From a virus (lineage: Duplodnaviria > Caudoviricetes): a DNA stretch of 28,739 nucleotides. Positions 9,078 through 16,539 of the stretch are shown here, in pieces. Below the pieces are notes generated by a model. The model made no database searches. It worked only from the letters and a program-made list of their open reading frames with translations, and was not told the DNA's origin. How positions within the stretch are numbered: position 1 is the stretch's first letter; each line of letters begins with the position of its first letter. The stretch spans positions 1-28,739 of IMG/VR virus record IMGVR_UViG_3300025066_000118. One strand, 5' to 3'. Both the position numbers and the translations under genes were made by a program.

Positions 9078-9511
9078 AATTAAGTGAACTTAAAAATATG
9101 GTTGGTAGAGACATTGAATTTAATGAAACAGAACTAGACACAGAATCGCTTCGCATTCCACAATTACACAACAAATATTTAACCTTTCTCATCGACGAGA
9201 AAATTATTCTTGAGCGATACAAACAGCAATTGAAGGTTATAGTCAAGGATAGATGGTTATATTATAGTGGCAAAATGTCAGAAGAAGAACTCAACGAAAG
9301 GAATTGGGAACCGTTTGGGTTGAACATTCTTAAATCGGACATTGATAAATTTTTAGAATCTGATTCCGACATTCTTCAATCAAAGACAAATGTAAAGGTT
9401 CAAGAAGAAAAAGTCAATTATTTAGATTCCATCCTCAAAATGATAAATGGACGACAATGGATGATTCGTTCTGCTATAGATTGGATAAAGTTCAGCAATG
9501 GTATCATGTAA
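9074..9511 (+). CDS. uvsY: Recombination mediator UvsY
   Basis: Motifs ESLRIPQLHNKYL, WLYYSGK, LKSDIDKFLESD, R-x-W-x-IRSAIDWIKF. ATGA overlap with g3. Confidence 0.93.
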   Translation: MKLSELKNMVGRDIEFNETELDTESLRIPQLHNKYLTFLIDEKIILERYKQQLKVIVKDRWLYYSGKMSEEELNERNWEPFGLNILKSDIDKFLESDSDILQSKTNVKVQEEKVNYLDSILKMINGRQWMIRSAIDWIKFSNGIM

Positions 9512-10995
9512 TGAATGTCTCTATTAGTGATATAAGTGAAGTGTATATTAAAGTTGATTGTGAACGTTCCATTGCCAAGGAACTTTCCGACTTTTTCACA
9601 TTCACGGTTCCGAATTATCAATATACACCCGCGTATAAAAGGAAAAGATGGGATGGTAAAATTCGTCTATTCAATCTGTATGCTCGTACGCTGTATAAAG
9701 GACTGCTTGATTATGTTATTCAATTTTGTAAAGACAGGAATTACACCTACGAACTAGAGGACGTAACAACAAGCGGCAAATCTCTTTCCGAAGATGACAT
9801 CAAAGGATTTGTTGATTATTTGAAACTTTCTGCTGGAGGTAACGACATCATTCCGCACCCCCACCAGATAGATGCGGTTTTACATTCCATTCGGAATGGT
9901 AGAAGTCTTATGCTATCCCCAACTGGTTCTGGAAAATCCCTTATCATTTACATAATGATGAGATACTATCTAGATATATTATCAAAAGACAAGAAGGTCT
10001 TAATAATAGTTCCCACTACTGGTTTAGTATCACAATTGAAATCTGATTTTAATGATTATTCAAATAAAGACACATGGAACGCTGAGAATAATATACATTG
10101 TATATTCTCAGGGCAATTGAAAACGTCAAATAAAAGAATCACTATAAGCACATGGCAAAGTTTATATAAACTGGATCCGAAATTCTTTCATGACTATGAT
10201 GTGGTGTTTGGGGATGAGTGTCATTTATTTCAGGCAAAGTCACTTACTTCTTTGATGACAAAATTAACACACATCAAATATAGATTTGGTACTACCGGTA
10301 CATTAGATGGATCCAAATCACATAAATTAGTTATTGAAGGTTTGTTTGGTAGAGTATTTAAAACTACCACCACTGTGGATCTGATTGAGAAAGATTTATT
10401 GAGCAATTTAGACATTGAATGCATCATATTAAAATACGATCCAAACGAAATACAAACTATCAAACGTGCCACATATCACGATGAAATGGATTGGTTGTTG
10501 TCGTCAGAAAAAAGAAACAATTTCCTTTGCAACCTGACCGAATCCCTAAAGGGAAATACTCTAATGTTATTCAACTATGTTGAGAAGCATGGTATACCTC
10601 TTTACAATAAACTTAAAGAAATGACAGATGATGTATACCTCATATATGGCCAAACCGCAGTAGACCAAAGAGAAGAAATTAGACAACTTGTAAACAATCA
10701 GGAGAACTCCATACTTGTTGCGTCGTATGGTACATGTTCGACTGGTATTAACATTCAGAATATTCATAATATCATATTTACATCTTCGTCTAAATCTGTT
10801 ATACGGGTCTTACAATCAATAGGAAGAGGATTGAGAAAATCATCTAAAAAAGACAAAGTAAAGGTGTATGATGTTTCGGATGATCTTTGCTATAAAAAGT
10901 GGCGTAATCACACATTGAGACATTTGGACGAACGTGTTAAGATATATACTAATGAGAACTTTAGATATAGACTAGTTTCTATACAAACACAATAA
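9511..10995 (+). CDS. uvsW: SF2 RNA-DNA/DNA-DNA helicase UvsW
   Basis: Motifs WDGKIRLF, Walker A SPTGSGKS, STWQS, DECH, GTTGT, QSIGRGLR. Start placed at ATG 9511 (TAATG overlap with uvsY) rather than 9457. Confidence 0.96.
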   Translation: MNVSISDISEVYIKVDCERSIAKELSDFFTFTVPNYQYTPAYKRKRWDGKIRLFNLYARTLYKGLLDYVIQFCKDRNYTYELEDVTTSGKSLSEDDIKGFVDYLKLSAGGNDIIPHPHQIDAVLHSIRNGRSLMLSPTGSGKSLIIYIMMRYYLDILSKDKKVLIIVPTTGLVSQLKSDFNDYSNKDTWNAENNIHCIFSGQLKTSNKRITISTWQSLYKLDPKFFHDYDVVFGDECHLFQAKSLTSLMTKLTHIKYRFGTTGTLDGSKSHKLVIEGLFGRVFKTTTTVDLIEKDLLSNLDIECIILKYDPNEIQTIKRATYHDEMDWLLSSEKRNNFLCNLTESLKGNTLMLFNYVEKHGIPLYNKLKEMTDDVYLIYGQTAVDQREEIRQLVNNQENSILVASYGTCSTGINIQNIHNIIFTSSSKSVIRVLQSIGRGLRKSSKKDKVKVYDVSDDLCYKKWRNHTLRHLDERVKIYTNENFRYRLVSIQTQ

Positions 10996-11010
10996 AAGAG
11001 GAATTCAATA

Positions 11011-11784
11011 ATGAAGAAAACCGATAATAAGAAAACCGATAATGATAAAATAATACACAGAATCCTCAAACTCTCAACCGGTGATGAAATAATCACAAAA
11101 ATAACAGGTCAAACGAAGAATAAATTTATCATTGCTGATCCTATGCTATTCGTGTTGCAGCATGTACAGAATGGTCCATACATGGGTACTATGTCGGTAC
11201 TAAAAAAATGGATAGAACATTCCGGGGAAAGGACTATTAAAATTCCGAAAGACCTAGTTGTTTCTATAGTACAACCTAATAAAAATGCTTGTGAATTGTA
11301 TGATATGGAATTAGAACGAGTAATTGAATCGGTTGAGGAAAAGAAAATAGCAAATTTTGACGACATTGCAAATAAGAAAAAGAAATCACCACCATTTAAT
11401 CCAATGGATCCGATGACGATGTTTCCCCCATCGTTGCTAGAAGATATGATGATGAATTCTACACCAGAATCTGTTTATGATGAAATATTCAATACTGATT
11501 TGCCAGTAGACGCATCAGATAAAGAAAAATTTGATATGATTGCGATAACGCTTATGATGCACCCTAGTATAATTAACGAATTAATAGATGCTGATATTGT
11601 TGATAAAAACATGTTTAATGATGCCATTCTAGACGCGCTGGGTATTGGATCCGGTCCAATGGATGGTCCAAAAGAAGATCCAGAATACACCGGAAACGAC
11701 AAAGAACATCCGGAATATGGCAATCGTCTAACTGATTGGCATTGGGATTTGGGTGACGACGAGTGGGGCCTAACTGGCAACTAA
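11011..11784 (+). CDS. Hypothetical protein with an N-terminal Sm-like-looking segment (uvsW-g55 locus)
   Basis: RILKLSTGDEIITKI...DPM resembles the small conserved gene usually found between uvsW and g55. Acidic C-terminus ending YGNRLTDW. GAGG SD. Confidence 0.7.
   Translation: MKKTDNKKTDNDKIIHRILKLSTGDEIITKITGQTKNKFIIADPMLFVLQHVQNGPYMGTMSVLKKWIEHSGERTIKIPKDLVVSIVQPNKNACELYDMELERVIESVEEKKIANFDDIANKKKKSPPFNPMDPMTMFPPSLLEDMMMNSTPESVYDEIFNTDLPVDASDKEKFDMIAITLMMHPSIINELIDADIVDKNMFNDAILDALGIGSGPMDGPKEDPEYTGNDKEHPEYGNRLTDWHWDLGDDEWGLTGN
11014..11043 (+). repeat. Perfect 15-bp tandem duplication (AAGAAAACCGATAAT x2, encoding KKTDN x2)
   Basis: Read directly from the sequence. Confidence 0.9.
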
Positions 11785-11869
11785 GTATGTGCTATTATGC
11801 TTATGATCGTTGACACTCCCAAGTGTAACGAGGACGAAATAAAAGTCAATGAAAAACTTTAAGATTCTC

Positions 11870-11897
11870 TTGAATAAGTTTGGTAGGTGTATATAAT
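11870..11897 (+). promoter_or_regulatory. Sigma70-type promoter for g55 (TTGAAT-N16-TATAAT)
   Basis: -35 at 11870-11875 and -10 at 11892-11897, with an A/T-rich UP-like region upstream. The g55 ATG begins 7 nt after the -10. Confidence 0.65.
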
Positions 11898-11903
11898 ATT
11901 GAT

Positions 11904-12503
11904 ATGAAAGAGAAAAAGAAGACAAACCAATATATTGACAATAAAGAGTTTCTCAAGGCAATGGTTGAATGGAAGATTCTTGTTAATGACGCAACACAGT
12001 CTGGTGAAGACAGGCCGCCTGTAACCACATACATTGGTGAGTGTTTCATGAAGATAGCAGAACACCTATCACATAAAAGTAATTTCACCAACTATCCATA
12101 CAAAGAAGAAATGATAGGTGATGCGATTGAAAATTGTTTGATGTATGCGCATAATTTTGATCCTGAGAAGTCTAAGAATCCATTTTCATATTTCACCCAA
12201 ATAACGTACTATGCATTTCTTCGTAGAATAGAGAAAGAGAAGAAGCAGTCGTTTATAAAATTCAAGTTACTTCAGGAACAGGATGATTCTGTTATCCAAA
12301 ATTGGTTTCAAAAGAATTATTTTGAAAAAGAAGAAAAGAAAGAAGAGGATTGGGAAGTTGAGGATGCTATGAAGGATGCATTTGATATTAACGAAAAAGA
12401 TGTAACAAAATTCACACCCAAGAAAAAGAAAAAGAAGAAAGTAAAGAAGAACTTGGATGTGTTTTTAGAGGACGACAAAAGTGAAGATAGCCCTGATAAA
12501 TGA
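11904..12503 (+). CDS. g55: Late-transcription sigma factor gp55
   Basis: Motifs YIDNKEFL, YIGECFMKIAEHLS, NF-x-NY-x-YKEEMIGDAIENC, NFDPEKSKNPFSYFTQITYYAFLRRIEKEKKQ. Start placed at ATG 11904 rather than TTG 11880. Confidence 0.97.
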   Translation: MKEKKKTNQYIDNKEFLKAMVEWKILVNDATQSGEDRPPVTTYIGECFMKIAEHLSHKSNFTNYPYKEEMIGDAIENCLMYAHNFDPEKSKNPFSYFTQITYYAFLRRIEKEKKQSFIKFKLLQEQDDSVIQNWFQKNYFEKEEKKEEDWEVEDAMKDAFDINEKDVTKFTPKKKKKKKVKKNLDVFLEDDKSEDSPDK

Positions 12504-13530
12504 TTCCCACTTCGGTGCGCGTGGTGATTCCCAAATATTCCTTGATTATTTTATGAAGTTCTTTGACGATGTGTTTTTCCCATATATCAAAGACAACAAC
12601 ATAAACACAATCATACACGCAGGCGACCTGATGGACAGGCGCAAGTATGTCAATTTCAATATCCTAAACCAAGTGAGGGAGAAGTTCGTTGAGAAATTAC
12701 AAGATGAAGGCGTTGAGATGCATTGCATTCTCGGAAACCACGATGTCTATTATCGCAATACTAACAGGGTCAATTCTGTTTCTGAGTTGTTCGGTAATGT
12801 ACCTAACATAAGAATATACGAAGAACCAGAGGTGCTGACTTTTGGTTCATTAGACATTGCAATGCTCCCGTGGGTAAACAAAGAGAACTACGACAAGTCT
12901 ATTGAGTTCATCAAGACAGCAGAAGCACCCTTCCTTGTCGGACACCTTGAGTTAGATGGTTATGAAGTGATGCGGGGTGTGAAGTTTGATAATGGTATGG
13001 ACCCCAAACTCTTCAGCAGATACGAGCAGGTTCTCTCTGGACACTTCCACTGCCGACAAGAGAGGGGTAACATCTATTACCTTGGAACCCAATACCAGAT
13101 CACCTTCAGCGACCTAAATGAAACAAAGGGATTCCACGTTCTTGACACAGACACCCGTGAGATTGAGTTCATCCCCAACCCATACCAGATGTTCCACGAT
13201 GTTACATACAACGACAAAGATGGTCCGGTTGACGCAGACAAATACCAATGTCAGTATCTTGAGAATGCCTATGTCAAGTTGTTCGTAGAACACAAAGAGC
13301 ATCCATATTCCTTTGAGCGGTTTATGGACAAACTCTATGATTGTGGCGTTGAGAAGATTACTATCGTTGAGGAACTGGTGGATATCTCTGATGACGAAGA
13401 AATGGTTGACTTAGCACAGGATACCGTTACACTAATCAACAATGAGATTGAGGGACTGGAAGAAGTGAAAGACAAAGAGAAGATGAAACGTATCATTCGT
13501 GAGTTGTATATGGAGTCCTTGTCATTATAA
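12481..13530 (+). CDS. g47: Recombination endonuclease subunit gp47 (Mre11/SbcD-like)
   Basis: Metallophosphoesterase motifs DSHFG, GDLMD, GNHD, GHLE, SGHFH. GTG start overlapping the end of g55. Confidence 0.96.
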   Translation: MKIALINDSHFGARGDSQIFLDYFMKFFDDVFFPYIKDNNINTIIHAGDLMDRRKYVNFNILNQVREKFVEKLQDEGVEMHCILGNHDVYYRNTNRVNSVSELFGNVPNIRIYEEPEVLTFGSLDIAMLPWVNKENYDKSIEFIKTAEAPFLVGHLELDGYEVMRGVKFDNGMDPKLFSRYEQVLSGHFHCRQERGNIYYLGTQYQITFSDLNETKGFHVLDTDTREIEFIPNPYQMFHDVTYNDKDGPVDADKYQCQYLENAYVKLFVEHKEHPYSFERFMDKLYDCGVEKITIVEELVDISDDEEMVDLAQDTVTLINNEIEGLEEVKDKEKMKRIIRELYMESLSL

Positions 13531-15239
13531 ATTTCACGCAACTCAAATGGAAAAATTTCCTCTCAACAGGAAACTTCTCAACCACACTGGATCTCACCAG
13601 ACACAGAAACACCCTCATCTCTGGAGAGAATGGTGCTGGTAAGTCAACGATGCTTGATGCACTGACGTTCGCCCTATTCGGCAAGTCATTTCGTGGGATC
13701 AATATTCCCCAACTTCCCAACTCAATCAATGAGAAGGATTGTGAGGTAGAGATTGAGTTCACAATCGGCAAGGATGAGTATCGGGTGTTTCGTTCCCTGA
13801 ACCCAAAGAAGTTTGAGATATACAAGAACGGCAATCTCATTCCACAAGATTCAAAGTCAAAGGACTACCAGAAGATCCTTGAAGAACAGATCCTCAAGAT
13901 GACATACAAGTCATTCACGCAGGTGGTTATCTTGGGGAGCAGCAACTATGTGCCGTTTATGAAACTCACTGCGAAAGATAGACGCTTGGTTGTGGAGAAC
14001 CTCTTAGACATTGATGTGTTTTCTGTGATGAATACTATTGTTCGTGCAAGACTCCAAATGGCAAAAGAGTATATCAAAGATATTGACCACAAAGTTGATA
14101 TCGTCAAGAGTAAAGTTGAAGAAAAAGAGAAGTTGATAAAAACACTTTTGAGAAAATCATCCGAGTCTATAGAAAGTTATAAAAACGAAATTGAAGAATC
14201 ACAGAAACAAATCCAAGAGGGACAGAGTGATATCACTAAGTATCAAGAGAACATCGCCCACTTGCTTGAAAAGGTGACAGATAAGAACGAAGTGCCGAGT
14301 CGCCTGTTGAAGATGGAAGGACTGGAAACTCAACTCAAGGGGAAAATCAAAACGATTGAGAAGAGCGTGAAGTTCTATGAAGAGAACGACACCTGCCCGT
14401 CTTGCAAGCAGGACATCCAGACGCACCACAAAGAATGCATATTTGAAGAGAAGAGCAAGGAACGGGAAGAGGTTGAGGGTGGCATCAAAGACTTGGTGGA
14501 GAAGATTGAACACACTGAGAAGAGACTGGGAGACATTAACGTCATCCTGAACACCATTGCGGGGTTTGAGGTTCACATCAACGAGAGACAGAACCAGATC
14601 AAATCGTCCCAGCAGTATATTGAGAAGATGCAGAAGAGCATTGAGGGTGTGCAGTGTGAAGGAACAGATACAGAGGAATCCAAGAAGGAACTCAACGAAT
14701 TGATTGGCGAGGGTAAGGGATACATTGTAGATCGCAAGGAACGAGTAGAAGACAAACATTACTATGAGATTGCGAGTGCATTATTGAAGGATAGTGGTAT
14801 CAAGGCGAAGATCATTAAGCACTACTTGCCAATTATGAACAAACTTATCAACAAGTATCTTGCGGATATGGATTTCTTCTGCCAGTTTGATTTGGATGAG
14901 AACTTTGACGAGACAATCAAGAGTCGCCATCGTGACGAGTTCACCTACCATAGTTTCAGCGAGGGCGAGCGTCTACGGATTGACTTGTCGTTGCTCTTGG
15001 CGTGGCGTGAGATTGCTCGGATGAAGAATAGTGTGAACTGCAACTTATTAATATTGGACGAGGTGTTTGATTCAAGCCTTGACGGCGTTGGTACAGAAGA
15101 GTTCTTAAAACTCTTGACATCCTTCGGAAGTCGTGCTAATATATTCGTAATAAGTCACAAGTCTGATTCAATGACGGACAAGTTCCAGAACCACATTATG
15201 TTTGAGAAGAAGAATAACTTTAGTAGGATTGGAAAATGA
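13524..15239 (+). CDS. g46: Recombination endonuclease subunit gp46 (Rad50/SbcC-like ABC ATPase), probable ATT start
   Basis: The frame extends upstream of ATG 13650 to include (M)INFTQLKWKNFLSTGN and Walker A GENGAGKST. Also zinc hook CPSC, signature FSEGE, Walker B ILDE, D-loop SSLD and ISH. There is an in-frame TGA at 13500, and GGAG at 13512-13515 lies 8 nt before ATT 13524. Confidence 0.95.
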   Translation: MINFTQLKWKNFLSTGNFSTTLDLTRHRNTLISGENGAGKSTMLDALTFALFGKSFRGINIPQLPNSINEKDCEVEIEFTIGKDEYRVFRSLNPKKFEIYKNGNLIPQDSKSKDYQKILEEQILKMTYKSFTQVVILGSSNYVPFMKLTAKDRRLVVENLLDIDVFSVMNTIVRARLQMAKEYIKDIDHKVDIVKSKVEEKEKLIKTLLRKSSESIESYKNEIEESQKQIQEGQSDITKYQENIAHLLEKVTDKNEVPSRLLKMEGLETQLKGKIKTIEKSVKFYEENDTCPSCKQDIQTHHKECIFEEKSKEREEVEGGIKDLVEKIEHTEKRLGDINVILNTIAGFEVHINERQNQIKSSQQYIEKMQKSIEGVQCEGTDTEESKKELNELIGEGKGYIVDRKERVEDKHYYEIASALLKDSGIKAKIIKHYLPIMNKLINKYLADMDFFCQFDLDENFDETIKSRHRDEFTYHSFSEGERLRIDLSLLLAWREIARMKNSVNCNLLILDEVFDSSLDGVGTEEFLKLLTSFGSRANIFVISHKSDSMTDKFQNHIMFEKKNNFSRIGK

Positions 15240-15586
15240 AAAAAACAAAATCTAGCATTTCTTATGAGAACTATATAAAGCATGGACTGAATAGTATCAG
15301 TTCAAGTTTGACAACAAAGGTATACAGAAGAGCGGGAAGCGACAAAGGACTTAAGTTGACTTTTGATAAGACAAAGGATTATCTAGTTAAAGTTTTATGG
15401 AAAGGTGAACCCATAATGCAATTTGTAACTGAACGTTCATTTTGGCACCAGTCAAACACAAATGACAAAGACAGACAATGGATGAGATTATACGCAGATG
15501 AGAAATTGAATATAATTAGAACCGCAGTCGCTAAAGGGAAAGAAAGAAGAGATTTAGAAAAGAAAAAATGTCAGACGAAAGATTAA
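15236..15586 (+). CDS. Hypothetical basic protein (116 aa)
   Basis: ATGA overlap with the g46 stop; fills the gap in the + strand operon. No recognised motif. Confidence 0.7.
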   Translation: MKKTKSSISYENYIKHGLNSISSSLTTKVYRRAGSDKGLKLTFDKTKDYLVKVLWKGEPIMQFVTERSFWHQSNTNDKDRQWMRLYADEKLNIIRTAVAKGKERRDLEKKKCQTKD

Positions 15587-16527
15587 ATAGATTTGAAAAA
15601 TATCTGAATGATGTTTTAAAGGAAGATTCCTTTGATAATTCTGGCGATGGTGGCTTTAGGGTCAATCCTCGTTGGCGTGCTATCTTTACGCAAGAAAATG
15701 GCGGTGTTGAGTTTTTAGAAGAGCAGAAAAATTATGCGTTAGAGAAAGTTAAAAATAAAAGCAATTTAGGACAACTCAATTACGACGCAAACATAAATAA
15801 TTTTTTTGGAAAAGAAGAAAAAAACACATCTGAATTATCTTCTTTGAGAACGGGTGACGGGAATGCCGGTCCCTTTTTCTACAATATGGCAGCAGGTACG
15901 TTTGGTATTGGCGGTGTTGAGTTTGATTTTAAAGACCTAAGTTCAATTAAAAATAGGAAAGAAATGACAGAAATTCTGTTGATTGTTGTTGTCGAGTTGT
16001 TATTATTTATTAATGACATGAAGGGCAATACCAAACAATTAAGAATGATGGAATCTTACATATCAAACGCCAACACTATACCACAAGGAGCAATAAAGGA
16101 CATAAAATTACCTGTCCTTGATTCTATGTGGGCATATCCAGGTCCAATTTATCCGGATAAAAAACTACCCTATACATATAAATTGATGTCAAATGAAGAT
16201 TCATATTGTGGTAAGTGTTATTTTTATGTGGGCGAAAAAAAGATAGGAAAATGTCATCGTTGGAACAATGCTGTTGTTGATAAATTTGTATGTGGAAAAT
16301 ACAAAGATAGAAATGTAAGTTTTCATGATGGGGATTTTAAAGGTAAATTTAAAGCGACCGATGAGGTGGGTAAAAATATACAATACCATAAGGGTGATGT
16401 GGTATTTTTTCAGGGAAAAACTTATATTGCTACACAAAAAACCAACGCTGAATTGGGATCACCTATACATAATAATAGTGGGTGGAATGTAATAAATGAA
16501 TCATTTATGGATGGAGGCGAATTTTAA
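15568..16527 (+). CDS. Hypothetical protein with a 4-Cys motif, a CBM5/12-like segment and a terminal DGGEF
   Basis: 319-aa ORF. C-x2-C-x11-C-x12-C at 16207-16293. YHKGDVVFFQGKTY...GW resembles the Y-x-x-GD-x-V-x-x-x-G-x-x-Y...W pattern of carbohydrate-binding modules. Confidence 0.65.
   Translation: MSDERLNRFEKYLNDVLKEDSFDNSGDGGFRVNPRWRAIFTQENGGVEFLEEQKNYALEKVKNKSNLGQLNYDANINNFFGKEEKNTSELSSLRTGDGNAGPFFYNMAAGTFGIGGVEFDFKDLSSIKNRKEMTEILLIVVVELLLFINDMKGNTKQLRMMESYISNANTIPQGAIKDIKLPVLDSMWAYPGPIYPDKKLPYTYKLMSNEDSYCGKCYFYVGEKKIGKCHRWNNAVVDKFVCGKYKDRNVSFHDGDFKGKFKATDEVGKNIQYHKGDVVFFQGKTYIATQKTNAELGSPIHNNSGWNVINESFMDGGEF
16466..16474 (+). promoter_or_regulatory. Possible late-promoter variant TACATAATA upstream of the 640-aa and 2156-aa genes
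   Basis: One mismatch from the TATATAATA motif and ~65 nt upstream of ATG 16540. It lies inside coding sequence, so it may be chance. Confidence 0.25.
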
Positions 16528-16539
16528 TTCGAAAATATT

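Noticed and set aside
13650-15239. ORF-track start of g46 at ATG 13650, or g46 as a truncated pseudogene
   Set aside because: The upstream in-frame sequence encodes the intact conserved N-terminus and Walker A, and all other Rad50 motifs are intact.
15699-15924. 16-nt direct repeat TGGCGGTGTTGAGTTT (GGVEF) at 15699-15714 and 15909-15924
   Set aside because: Only two in-frame copies 210 nt apart inside a CDS. It is not a CRISPR array and there is no integrase to make it an att site; at most a relic of a small duplication.
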